DNA of 64,000 bases from a bacterium (GCA_023428375.1 JAEYYR010000002.1:302077-366076); one strand, 5' to 3'; shown: positions 26,541 to 35,897, counted from the first letter of the stretch. Program-made: numbers and translations. Notes: generated from the sequence alone by a model not told the origin.

Positions 26541-26570
26541 AAAAAAAGGGGAGCATATGCTCCCCTTTAA
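26541..26570 (-). terminator. Rho-independent terminator of pepA
   Basis: GGGGAGCATATGCTCCCC perfect palindrome with a TTTTTTT run on the minus strand. Confidence 0.65.
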
Positions 26571-26593
26571 TCATTTATTGTGTTTGCTTTGAA

Positions 26594-28108
26594 TTATTTC
26601 CAATTAAGAAGTAGTTCAGCAAATAATCGTACACCAAATCCGGTTGCGCCAGGACGGTAGTAGCTAATATCTGGTACGTTGAAAGAGGTTCCTGCAACAT
26701 CAAGGTGAACAAATGGAACATCATCAACAAAATGTTTGAGGAAGAATCCTGCAGTAATTGCGCCCGCTCTGTATTTTTCGTTGCCAATGTTACATATGTC
26801 GGCAACATCAGATAATACGGCTTTTTTATAATCATCATGGAATGGTAGTTCCCACAAACGATCGCCCGATTCTCTGCCTGCTTTTAATAATTTTTCAGCA
26901 AGATCTTCATGCTGGCTCATTAAGCCTGCAAAGAAGGGTCCAAGTGCATACGCACATGAGCCGGTAAGCGTTGCAATACTAATAATGCCATCAAGTTTGT
27001 AATGTTTTACCGCGTATGATAATGCATCCGCTAAAATCAAGCGACCTTCAGCATCAGTATTTTTAATTTCTGCTGTCAAACCGTTGTAAAAGGTTATGAT
27101 ATCGCCTGGTTTTGTAGCATGGCCACTGATCAAGTTTTCGGTAATTGGTGCAATGCCAACCACATTCACTTGAGGTTTCAAATGTGAGATCATTTCCATG
27201 GTTGAAATAACTGCTGCAGCGCCAGCCATATCATCTTTCATGGTTTCCATACCAGATGCTGGTTTGATGCTCAAACCGCCTGAGTCGAAGGTGATGCCTT
27301 TGCCAACAATCGCAATCGTTGGTGCATTTTTATTGCCGCAATCATACTCCAATGCAACCATACACGCTTCTTGTTCTGAGCCTTTGGCAACTGCTTCAAT
27401 GCCGCCCATGCCCATGGCAATAATATCTGCTTCGCTGAAATAGCGAGCTTTGAGTTGATGGACTTTTGCAATACGTGTTGCATGTTTGCCAAGCTCTGTT
27501 GGTGTTAAATTCACTGCTGGTAGATCGCACCATAAGCGTGATTGATTGACGGCAAAGCCAATGCGTTCACCGATGTCCATACCAGCTTTTAATTCATCAT
27601 GCCAAATGCCTGGTACACAATAGGTAATAGTATAATCGCGAGTCATGCGGCGAGCAGCGTCGGTAATAAATTGATCAAAATGGTAGGTTGCCAAATATGC
27701 AGTAATTACCGCTTCTTTACCAAGGTTAAATAAATTGGTATCGATAATTTCGGGTTTTGGTAATGCAATAGCGAGGTTAGTGATTTTTAATCCCTCTGCA
27801 ATACGCATAACTTGGCCGATGGCGCGACGATAATTTTCTAATTTATCGCTTGGTTTTCTTTTTAAGTTTCCAAGTCCTGCAAGAATAATATACACCGGTT
27901 TATTATCTTTAACTGCAGCAACCGTAAGTGTGCTATTAGGAGCACCAGTAAAAGATCGTTCTTTTATTAATTGATCAAGTGGCGCGTATAACGAAGTTAA
28001 ATCGGAGACTTGAGAATCAGAAAAATTAAATTGTTGTTCGCACAAGACAACATAGCCTTGCACATTTTCTTGCGTCAAAGGTTTTGACGATATATGCGTT
28101 GTAATCAT
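26594..28108 (-). CDS. pepA: Leucyl aminopeptidase (M17)
   Basis: NTDAEGRLILADALSY and the other M17 metal-binding blocks (VGKGITFDSGG, DMAGAAAV). Confidence 0.9.
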   Translation of the reverse strand: MITTHISSKPLTQENVQGYVVLCEQQFNFSDSQVSDLTSLYAPLDQLIKERSFTGAPNSTLTVAAVKDNKPVYIILAGLGNLKRKPSDKLENYRRAIGQVMRIAEGLKITNLAIALPKPEIIDTNLFNLGKEAVITAYLATYHFDQFITDAARRMTRDYTITYCVPGIWHDELKAGMDIGERIGFAVNQSRLWCDLPAVNLTPTELGKHATRIAKVHQLKARYFSEADIIAMGMGGIEAVAKGSEQEACMVALEYDCGNKNAPTIAIVGKGITFDSGGLSIKPASGMETMKDDMAGAAAVISTMEMISHLKPQVNVVGIAPITENLISGHATKPGDIITFYNGLTAEIKNTDAEGRLILADALSYAVKHYKLDGIISIATLTGSCAYALGPFFAGLMSQHEDLAEKLLKAGRESGDRLWELPFHDDYKKAVLSDVADICNIGNEKYRAGAITAGFFLKHFVDDVPFVHLDVAGTSFNVPDISYYRPGATGFGVRLFAELLLNWK

Positions 28109-28283
28109 AGGATCACATAAGGGTAAAAGGATTTTTTACTAACGATATCATAATACGACTAAAAAGTATTCCTCTATTAATTGCTATTTTATCAATCATA
28201 TAAATGACTTTTAATTCAATTGTGCAAAAATATAGTAATTATGTTGTGTTTGCGCTAAATTTAAAAATAAAATTGGAGTTGTA

Positions 28284-28637
28284 ATGGTATTGTATCTAAT
28301 CTTTTTCGTAACGTGCTTTGCTGGTTGTTCTGATGGAATTGTAAGGCGTCCAGAAGACGATGGCGTGAGGGTAATGTATGAAAATGACAAGTATAGAGCT
28401 TTAAGGAATAGTGGCTTAGGCACCTACATGGTAGCTGAAAAGTATGTCGATGCTGATAATGTATTGCAGTTCAGAAGAATTGCAAACAGAGATAAGGCTC
28501 GCGCTATTTTTGATGAACTAGAAAATGAATTTAATTCTTATGGTCCCAGCGAGATGTACGCCAAAGAAAAAGATGCGTATGGGGAGCATGATTTGCCCTC
28601 TGGAATAGATTATCCAAAAAATGAAAATAATTCTTAA
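28284..28637 (+). CDS. Small secreted protein or lipoprotein, family B member 1
   Basis: GGAG RBS. Signal/lipobox-like FFVTCFAGCS. C-terminal IFDELENEFNSYGP motif plus an acidic tail. Confidence 0.5.
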   Translation: MVLYLIFFVTCFAGCSDGIVRRPEDDGVRVMYENDKYRALRNSGLGTYMVAEKYVDADNVLQFRRIANRDKARAIFDELENEFNSYGPSEMYAKEKDAYGEHDLPSGIDYPKNENNS

Positions 28638-28759
28638 TTAAGAAACAAGAGTCTTTTTTTTTGATTGTTTACATTCTCAATCTGAATATATATAGCGTTA
28701 TGAGCTTTATTTAGAGTATTCTATTTTATGAATAACTTTAAATTGTGTGTGGTATTCCT

Positions 28760-29134
28760 ATGAATAGATCGATATTTTTTTTAACATTTCTAATGATTAT
28801 GACTTTTACTAGTTATACACAGGATAAACCGACCGTAATATTTAAACATAATAATGGATGGGATATTCTGATTAAGGGACCGATAACCGCTTCATATAAC
28901 TTGAAAACTGGCGAAATTAATGCTTCAGAAATGAAAGTCTTAATGGTCAATAATAGAAGATCGCTTTTTTATCCTCAGCAATTAAATAATGCTTATGAAA
29001 TTTATAATCAACTATTAGATGAATATGAACTAAGAGATCATGGCCCTATTGAACGTTTTGCGGATGAAAGAGAGCCTAATGCTTTTTCTTATCGAGATGA
29101 TGAACCGCAAGAATATCAAAACGTTAATAATTAA
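28760..29134 (+). CDS. Small secreted protein, family B member 2 (the track starts at a GTG at 28745)
   Basis: Signal peptide MNRSIFFLTFLMIMTFTSYT. ITASYNLKTGEINAS core and C-terminal IYNQLLDEYELRDHGP motif. Confidence 0.5.
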   Translation: MNRSIFFLTFLMIMTFTSYTQDKPTVIFKHNNGWDILIKGPITASYNLKTGEINASEMKVLMVNNRRSLFYPQQLNNAYEIYNQLLDEYELRDHGPIERFADEREPNAFSYRDDEPQEYQNVNN

Positions 29135-29141
29135 TGAGTAT

Positions 29142-29495
29142 ATGATGAATAAATATCTAATTATTGCTCTAAGTTTTTCTATAACCATTGCTTCTTATGC
29201 ATCAGAAGAAATTACCTATAAAAAAAATAATTGTGTTAATACATTCAAAAAAGGTTCTTTGATTGTGCAGCATGACGAATGCAATAATTTATTCCAAGCG
29301 TTTATGGAAAAAATAACAAAGATTATTGATGATAATGGCATGTTACATTTTAAGCGCGAAATAATCAAACAAGAACAATTAAATGCACAAAAGATTTATT
29401 GGGATCTCTACGACGCTTATTTGATAAATCAAGCAAGAGAACCTAACGAAATTGAAACAAATATAACAGAGGTATCATATGATGAAAATTATTAA
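29142..29495 (+). CDS. Small secreted protein, family B member 3 (the track ORF 29040 extends upstream without support)
   Basis: ATG at 29142 follows the stop of member 2. Signal peptide MMNKYLIIALSFSITIASYA. IYWDLYDAYLINQAREPNE motif. Confidence 0.45.
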   Translation: MMNKYLIIALSFSITIASYASEEITYKKNNCVNTFKKGSLIVQHDECNNLFQAFMEKITKIIDDNGMLHFKREIIKQEQLNAQKIYWDLYDAYLINQAREPNEIETNITEVSYDENY

Positions 29496-29805
29496 AAATA
29501 TTCTAGTCTGTGCGGCAATACTATCTCTCAATGCTGCAGATAATGACAATGATAATAATATGGTTCAAGGAACATATAATCCAACTAATAGGGAAACAAC
29601 ATATACGTTTAATAATATCAAGGCCAGCCATATACCGCCAAATATTTATGAAGCATTTGAAATACAACCTTCAAACAGGAATTTTCAAAGATTGATGGCT
29701 TTAGAGGATCCAGAGAAGCGTTATCGCTTTTTAGAACAAATGTTTCAAGCGCAGAATGAACCAAATGAACAAAAAGAAAATTTAGAGCCGGATGAACTTG
29801 AATAA
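29479..29805 (+). CDS. Small secreted protein, family B member 4
   Basis: GAGGT RBS. Signal peptide MMKIIKNILVCAAILSLNA. RYRFLEQMFQAQNEPNE motif and an acidic tail. Confidence 0.5.
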   Translation: MMKIIKNILVCAAILSLNAADNDNDNNMVQGTYNPTNRETTYTFNNIKASHIPPNIYEAFEIQPSNRNFQRLMALEDPEKRYRFLEQMFQAQNEPNEQKENLEPDELE

Positions 29806-29819
29806 ATTTAGGAAATATT

Positions 29820-30164
29820 ATGAAGCTATTTAAAATGTATATCATTGTCTTTTTACTTGCTGCGCATATATATGCAGCAGATGACTCAGCTGAATGGGGA
29901 GAGCCTGGAATTTATCGTATTAAACAAAACTCAAAAATTACTTATACCAAAATACAGCCAAAAGGGCTCAAGATTGTTGCTAAATATGACGATCTATTAA
30001 AGAAATACTCTGCATATGAAGTTACTTTATATCGTGGCGAAGAAGTAGAAGATCGTTTAAAGAATCCTGAGAAAATATATCATAATTTAGAGCAAGAATT
30101 TATTAATTCTCAAGATCCATTAGAAATTGAGCATGATATTAAACAGCCCGACGAATTTATGTAA
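29820..30164 (+). CDS. Small secreted protein, family B member 5
   Basis: Signal peptide MKLFKMYIIVFLLAAHIYA. IYHNLEQEFINSQDPLEIE motif. Confidence 0.5.
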   Translation: MKLFKMYIIVFLLAAHIYAADDSAEWGEPGIYRIKQNSKITYTKIQPKGLKIVAKYDDLLKKYSAYEVTLYRGEEVEDRLKNPEKIYHNLEQEFINSQDPLEIEHDIKQPDEFM

Positions 30165-30188
30165 AATATTTTAACGCTAAGGTAAAAT

Positions 30189-30554
30189 ATGATTAAATTT
30201 TCTATTTTAAGAAGATTAAGGTTTGTTTTTATCAGTTATTTTTTGGTATCTTCTGTAATTTGTTTTGATGCTGGTGTAAGAAAGTATGAAGACTCTCAAA
30301 GCATTACCTTTGAAAATGAATTTATTGTTGCATCATACGATAAATCAAATGGCACTTATAAAGTATCACTCAAACCACGTGCGCGATCAATAGGTGGATT
30401 TGAAAAATGGCATTTGGATGATCCAATGGATCATTATTTGCGCTTGAAAGACCAATACGAATTGCAGTTGGATAGTGAAGAAATGGAACCAAAGGATCCT
30501 GAAGAGACTGAAGAATTTAAAATATATCGACACCTTGGTCAAAACGAAAATTGA
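30189..30554 (+). CDS. Small secreted protein, family B member 6
   Basis: Hydrophobic N-terminus. IVASYDKSNGTYKVS core aligns with member 2. HYLRLKDQYELQLD motif plus an acidic tail. Confidence 0.5.
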   Translation: MIKFSILRRLRFVFISYFLVSSVICFDAGVRKYEDSQSITFENEFIVASYDKSNGTYKVSLKPRARSIGGFEKWHLDDPMDHYLRLKDQYELQLDSEEMEPKDPEETEEFKIYRHLGQNEN

Positions 30555-30749
30555 ACTAATTAAAAAATTAGTATGAAAATATTCTTTTAAGTAACATACT
30601 AGTTGTCTTTTTTTTATTAATCCTATACAATATTTAAAATAGTATTTCTATTTAGTACTTCTCATTTAATTTCTTATCTCTGCGGTGTAGATAAGCTTCA
30701 GTAGTTAATTTTCTTAGTTTTCCCATTTTCTACACCAGGGGGATGCACC

Positions 30750-31337
30750 ATGCTCTTTGCATCCATTAATTCATATTATTTAACGAATCTGTATTGGATA
30801 CTCGCTGTCATCGGTACGACATTATTTGGTTTACGTATGTCGCTTATGCTCCTTGGTGGGTTTATCGATTTTCATCATGATGATGGACATCATGGTCATA
30901 CGCATGATACTTCATCTTCTTTGAAGATCATTACGCTTCATTCACTTTCCGGATTTTGCATGATGTTTGGTTGGGCGGGTCTTGCAGCATCTGAGCAACT
31001 CGGATTATCAAATGGTTATTCATTATTAATAGCCTGTATCAGTGGTTTTGTTGTCATGATCTGTGCTGCATTTTTATTTAAATGTGCGCAAAAGTTGGAA
31101 GCTTCGGGGGCGCACTTTGCAATACAACAAACGCTTGGGAAGACCGGGATGGTGTATCATGCTATTCCTGCACATGGTTTAGGAAAAATTCATATAAATG
31201 TGCATGGTATTACTCGTGAACTTCTGGCGCAATCGTTAACGAATGAATCTATTGAGTCGTTTGAAGCAATTAAAGTTATTAACATTATCGATCAAGAAAC
31301 GGTGCTAGTCGTTTTATTGAGAAAGGAACAACCATGA
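30750..31337 (+). CDS. NfeD-like (YuaF-type) membrane protein, partner of flotillin
   Basis: N-terminal TM helices, a His-rich loop (HHDDGHHGHTHD) and a C-terminal beta-rich soluble domain. 4-nt overlap with the downstream SPFH gene, as in the yuaF-floT operon. Confidence 0.6.
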   Translation: MLFASINSYYLTNLYWILAVIGTTLFGLRMSLMLLGGFIDFHHDDGHHGHTHDTSSSLKIITLHSLSGFCMMFGWAGLAASEQLGLSNGYSLLIACISGFVVMICAAFLFKCAQKLEASGAHFAIQQTLGKTGMVYHAIPAHGLGKIHINVHGITRELLAQSLTNESIESFEAIKVINIIDQETVLVVLLRKEQP

Positions 31338-32668
31338 TTAACTTCATTGCAGTCGGCGCTTTCTGTGCCGCATTATTTATTTTTTTCACACTTTTTTTCT
31401 TGGCAAGTTGTTACAAGCGTTGTCCGTCAAATAAAGTGTTAGTTGTGTATGGTAATCTAATCGGAAACAAATCCGCCCATTGTTATCACGGTGGCGGTAA
31501 ATTTGTATGGCCACTTATTCAAGATTATGAATATTTAGATTTGACACCCATGGCTATTCATGTGCCCCTCAAATCAGCATTATCTCAGCAGAATATTCGT
31601 ATTAACGTACCAAGCACTTTTACCGTTGCGCTTGATACTACGCCAGAAGCTATGAACAATGCAGCGATTCGTTTGCTTGGGCTTTCATTGCGTGATATTG
31701 AAATGATGGCAACAGAAATCATTATTGGTCAGTTACGTTTGACTGTTGCATCATTGCGCATTGAAGAAATTAACCAAGATCGCGAAAGATTCTTGTCGGA
31801 AATTAGAAAACATATCGAACCAGAACTGAAAAAAATTGGTTTGATGCTTTTAAACGTTAATATTACCGATATCACGGATGAATCAAATTATATAGAAAGT
31901 ATTGGCCGTAAATCAGTAGCAACCGCAGTTAACCAAGCAAAAATTGATGTTTCTGAACAAGAAAAACTTGGTGAGATCGGTAGAGCATTTGCTGATCGTG
32001 AAAAGCGTATTCAGGTAGCAGCACAAAACGCTGAAGCAGTGCAAGGTGAAAATGAAGCAAAAGCACGCATTGCACAAGTAAATGCGCAATTATCCGAGCA
32101 AGAAGCCGAAGCAGAACGTAGAAGTTTGATTGCCTTGCAGAATGCCTATGCTGAAATTAATACCTCAAAAGCTCATGTTGAATTGAAGCGTTTAGAAGCA
32201 GAAGAAATTGTACCGAAAGAAATTGAAAAACGAAAAATCGAAATCGATGCGATGGCCCAAGCTGAAAAGCAAAAGATTGATGCATATGCACAAGCAGCAT
32301 CGATTCTTGCAATCAAAGAAGCGGAAGCTGAAGGTATTTTAAAGGTGTTGAATGCAAAAGCGCAGGGTTATAAAATGCTTGTTGATGCATGCGCGGGCAA
32401 TACGCAAGATGCTGCAACCATGCTCATGGTTGAAAAACTTGAAGAGATTGTAAAACTCCAAACGGAAGCAATCAAAAATATTAAGATTGATAAAGTTACC
32501 GTATGGGATAGCGCCAATGGAGACTCAAGTTCAACCGCTAATTTCTTAAGTAATTTGGTTAAATCGTTACCACCATTACATGAAATTACTGAAATGTCCG
32601 GTGTTAAATTACCAGAATATTTAGGTAATCTCACCAAAAATAATAAAGAAATAATAAAAGAATCATAG
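31334..32668 (+). CDS. floT: Flotillin-like SPFH/band-7 protein
   Basis: N-terminal TM, then an SPFH domain and a long Ala/Glu-rich coiled-coil region (EAEAERRSLIALQNAYAEI; AEAEGILKVLNAKAQGYK) typical of FloT/YuaG. Confidence 0.85.
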   Translation: MINFIAVGAFCAALFIFFTLFFLASCYKRCPSNKVLVVYGNLIGNKSAHCYHGGGKFVWPLIQDYEYLDLTPMAIHVPLKSALSQQNIRINVPSTFTVALDTTPEAMNNAAIRLLGLSLRDIEMMATEIIIGQLRLTVASLRIEEINQDRERFLSEIRKHIEPELKKIGLMLLNVNITDITDESNYIESIGRKSVATAVNQAKIDVSEQEKLGEIGRAFADREKRIQVAAQNAEAVQGENEAKARIAQVNAQLSEQEAEAERRSLIALQNAYAEINTSKAHVELKRLEAEEIVPKEIEKRKIEIDAMAQAEKQKIDAYAQAASILAIKEAEAEGILKVLNAKAQGYKMLVDACAGNTQDAATMLMVEKLEEIVKLQTEAIKNIKIDKVTVWDSANGDSSSTANFLSNLVKSLPPLHEITEMSGVKLPEYLGNLTKNNKEIIKES

Positions 32669-32687
32669 TTTAACATTGCGATCATTC

Positions 32688-32716
32688 AAAAGCGGCTTTT
32701 TAGCCGCTTTTTTTTA
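32688..32716 (+). terminator. Rho-independent terminator of the nfeD-floT operon
   Basis: AGCGGCT-tttt-AGCCGCT hairpin plus a T9 run. Confidence 0.65.
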
Positions 32717-32827
32717 TTGTTTTAAGTCGCGATATTTCAGTATAGTTATAATGAAAATAGAAATATTATAACGCTGTGTTTTCTATGTTTACTAATAAAA
32801 AAATTTGATAATAGAAATAGGAATTAT

Positions 32828-33115
32828 ATGAATACCTTTAATATTTTTTTATCGATACTTGCAATGATATCTCTGTATATCTCTGCCAATGATTTAGATG
32901 ATATCGTATTTAAAGTTTCAAGTGCTGGTATTGTAATTTATTGTGACAGTCGTATTTGTGCCGCCTATGATAGTACCGATAATTCTTATCAAGCAATGGA
33001 CATACGAGATTCTGGTATGCCCCGTCTCGAGAATGCGAAAATGTTTTTTGATAATCTCAAAGAACGTTTTTATAATCAAGGTCCTTTAATATTTGAACAG
33101 TCTCAAAAAGAATAA
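32828..33115 (+). CDS. Small secreted protein, family B member 7
   Basis: Signal peptide MNTFNIFLSILAMISLYISA. FFDNLKERFYNQGPL motif matching member 1. Confidence 0.45.
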   Translation: MNTFNIFLSILAMISLYISANDLDDIVFKVSSAGIVIYCDSRICAAYDSTDNSYQAMDIRDSGMPRLENAKMFFDNLKERFYNQGPLIFEQSQKE

Positions 33116-33120
33116 AAACG

Positions 33121-34476
33121 TTATCTCATATAAGTGAATAAAGTCTTTAAACAGTGATCACTCGTTGGTTTTTGACCCATAAGATATTCATTTCTTTTAG
33201 GTTTGATTGAACAATGTTCTTTATAAACATTTTTATACAAGCACCAGAGGGCCATTTTATTTACATCATTCATAAAGGTATATGAATAATTTTTAAATAT
33301 TCTGCGTTCTGATTTTTCTTTTGGATGTATTGACAGCACTATCGCATCTCGCTTTGCCTTTTTGTAACCCCATTCGGCTTCCATATCCTGATTTTGAGCC
33401 ACAAGCATAGCGCCAGAAGGAGTTGTAGCACCTTTTTCAAAAAGACCATACAAAACAGAATTATCTTTTTCGGTATCTAGTACATTATAACATTCTCGAT
33501 ATAAGTTGAATTTTTCAATAGTATATAAGTGAGCATTTTGTAAAAAATGCTGTAAAAATAATTGTTTATTTTCAGTTATAGGTCGTGATTCATATTCTGG
33601 ATAGTTTTGGTTTGGATGTTTTAAAAACTCTCGTAAAGCAATTTTTTCATCCGCAGATTCTTTTGATAAGTATTTAAATAGGCCTAGAAACTTTTGCTGC
33701 TGATAAACATTAAAAGTAACATAATTAATTTCGCTTTCTTCATTTATGTTTGTTTTTAAATCACACGTTAATTCGTACATGAGTGGATTATTATAACTTT
33801 GTAAAAGTTGCACATGTCGACGCAGCGTTTCTTTCGTCTTTTTAATTACCTGGTCTTTATACACATCTTTCAATGTAGGATTTAAATAAATAGAAACAAC
33901 AGGAACACTTGGGTGATTAATGCTGGAATAACAGCCACCTCTATAATTTTGTAATAAAGGTGTCCATGAAACATAGGCGAATATCTCCATGCCATTATGA
34001 ACAAAACATTGATCATAGATACAGGTTACTGCTTTAACACCTTGTGGGTAACTATACGTTTTAAGCTCTTCTTTAAGATAAAAGACATTCTTTTCGTCTC
34101 TTACTTTTGTCAGTTCGCTTTCCCACCCTCCTTGGGAGGCGCAGCCATGAATACAGCAATCGTAGCAAAGATAGTCGTCAAATTTTATAGTTGGTTGGTA
34201 GTATTGTAACCAAGGACGGACTTCTGTGTGCCATTTTTGTGTGCGTTCATCCAACGTAATACGTCGTGTATGTCCCATATGTGTTGGTTCCATCTTGATA
34301 ACAGAGCGATCAAAAAGAAGATAGGGAATATGTTTATTTGATGAGCCAAAGTTGCAAATAGAGCGTTTGAAATTTCCAAATGTTTCTAATATCGATAGGT
34401 ATCGACCACTCAAGGCAGCATCATGAGAAAGTGTGTTATTAGCTATAAGGAACAATAAAAAATATATATAAATCAT
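33121..34476 (-). CDS. Hypothetical Cys-rich secreted protein (451 aa), no domain recognised
   Basis: Signal-like MIYIYFLLFLIANNTLS. Numerous Cys (YLCYDCCIHGCASQGGWE; CIYDQCF). No motif I can assign. Confidence 0.5.
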   Translation of the reverse strand: MIYIYFLLFLIANNTLSHDAALSGRYLSILETFGNFKRSICNFGSSNKHIPYLLFDRSVIKMEPTHMGHTRRITLDERTQKWHTEVRPWLQYYQPTIKFDDYLCYDCCIHGCASQGGWESELTKVRDEKNVFYLKEELKTYSYPQGVKAVTCIYDQCFVHNGMEIFAYVSWTPLLQNYRGGCYSSINHPSVPVVSIYLNPTLKDVYKDQVIKKTKETLRRHVQLLQSYNNPLMYELTCDLKTNINEESEINYVTFNVYQQQKFLGLFKYLSKESADEKIALREFLKHPNQNYPEYESRPITENKQLFLQHFLQNAHLYTIEKFNLYRECYNVLDTEKDNSVLYGLFEKGATTPSGAMLVAQNQDMEAEWGYKKAKRDAIVLSIHPKEKSERRIFKNYSYTFMNDVNKMALWCLYKNVYKEHCSIKPKRNEYLMGQKPTSDHCLKTLFTYMR

Positions 34477-34554
34477 AATCTCTATTACGAAAAAAATTTT
34501 ATATTTCTACGTTAACAGAGATATTTTAAATTGTACATGTATGTATTTTAATAA

Positions 34555-34866
34555 TTATAGTCCGAATCCAAACCCAAAACCAAATCCTGGACGACCATAA
34601 TAACCCCCGTAATAACCATACGGATACCCATAGCCATAACCGCCATAAAATCCACCATAAGGATAGCCGTATCCATAGGGATAACCATAGGTTACATAGG
34701 GAGCATAGCGAGGATATGAAACGTAGCGACGTTCATAGACTGGTCGTTCAACAACGCGTCGACGTACTACGCGCTTGGTTGGCTGCGTTCTCCGCACAAC
34801 GCGCGTGTCGGCATGGAGTTGAGTAATACATACGAGAATCGTTAGTAATTGTAAGAGAAATTTCAT
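34555..34866 (-). CDS. Secreted Gly/Tyr-rich low-complexity protein
   Basis: Signal peptide MKFLLQLLTILVCITQLHA, then an RVVRR basic repeat region, then YGYPYGYGYPYGGFYGGYGYGYPYGYYGGYYGRPGFGFGFGFGL. ATGA overlap with the upstream hydrolase gene. Confidence 0.5.
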   Translation of the reverse strand: MKFLLQLLTILVCITQLHADTRVVRRTQPTKRVVRRRVVERPVYERRYVSYPRYAPYVTYGYPYGYGYPYGGFYGGYGYGYPYGYYGGYYGRPGFGFGFGFGL

Positions 34867-35834
34867 GAAGTAATTTCCTTATCAGTAATTATTTTTGCTT
34901 GTTCTTTTGATCCAATATTATTTTCTAAAACGCTTTCAATAAAATGACATACTTTGTGCATGTATTTTTCTGGTTGTGAGAAGAATGAATCAAAGTGTCT
35001 GCGTCCTTCGGTGATCCATAATCGTTTAAATCCTGCAGCACCTTCATAGACTGATTTCACCGCTTCGACCGGTGCTTTTTCATCTCTTTTACAAACAATA
35101 AAATAGCTTGGTATGGTTACTCGTTTTATTGCTTGTTCCGGATTGACGCAAGCGATACGGGTGTTGATCGAACAGCTGTCAATTTTTGCAATTGCTTTGA
35201 GTGATGCTTTTAATAACGATTGCACATACGGATTAAATGCATATTGATGCATAATTGATTTGCCCGGCATTGGTATTTCATAACCAAAAAGTGAAAGTTT
35301 TAATTGATCAATATTTCTCGCTACTAATTTTTCTGTTGAATCAAATGGGCAATCCCAGATTGCTGCAGTGAATAAGTGCGGCTGCATTGATTGCGCTAAA
35401 ATAGATGATACGGCGCCCATAGAAAATCCATAGACAATAAGTGGTGTATCTTTTAGATCTGGTTGAGATTTGATGTATTCAGCAGCGCCAATCACATCGT
35501 ATGCTTCATCTTGACCTAAGGTGCAATACTGATTCTCTTTTAATTCACCATGAGCTCTAAAATCAAAAGTGAAAGTATTATAATCGGCAAACATGGTACG
35601 TATGAATTGAACGTCATTTTTATCGCACATGAATCCATGACAAATAAGAACGGTTGCTTTTGAGCCAGGCTTTCTTACCAGAACGCCTTTTCTTGCTAGT
35701 TGTTGGTTGCTGGTTTCATTTGCTTTTGAGAAAAAGGTAACATTCTCGACGTTGCCTTCAATATAATTTTTTTCGGCAAGGCAAAGCGCAGGTATGAGGA
35801 GGCAAAGAAAATATAACACAGGGGCGCTTTTCAT
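34863..35834 (-). CDS. Secreted alpha/beta-hydrolase fold protein
   Basis: Signal peptide, then a GFSMG nucleophile elbow (GxSxG) and later conserved Asp/His regions. Confidence 0.7.
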   Translation of the reverse strand: MKSAPVLYFLCLLIPALCLAEKNYIEGNVENVTFFSKANETSNQQLARKGVLVRKPGSKATVLICHGFMCDKNDVQFIRTMFADYNTFTFDFRAHGELKENQYCTLGQDEAYDVIGAAEYIKSQPDLKDTPLIVYGFSMGAVSSILAQSMQPHLFTAAIWDCPFDSTEKLVARNIDQLKLSLFGYEIPMPGKSIMHQYAFNPYVQSLLKASLKAIAKIDSCSINTRIACVNPEQAIKRVTIPSYFIVCKRDEKAPVEAVKSVYEGAAGFKRLWITEGRRHFDSFFSQPEKYMHKVCHFIESVLENNIGSKEQAKIITDKEITS

Positions 35835-35897
35835 TATAAGATCCTATTATTTTTAATCTTTATTAGTTTAAACCCCAATGTTTTCTATTTGCAATAT

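Noticed and set aside
26575-26838. Minus-strand 87-aa ORF overlapping the 3' end of pepA in another frame
   Set aside because: pepA is unambiguous and the alternative-frame ORF has no features.
30555-30749. Inverted repeats (AACTAATT-aaaa-AATTAGTT, and GGTGTAGA...TCTACACC 45 nt apart) upstream of the nfeD-like gene as a possible riboswitch or regulatory RNA
   Set aside because: Short AT-rich palindromes occur by chance at this base composition. There is no conserved riboswitch core (no GC-rich pseudoknot or known consensus).
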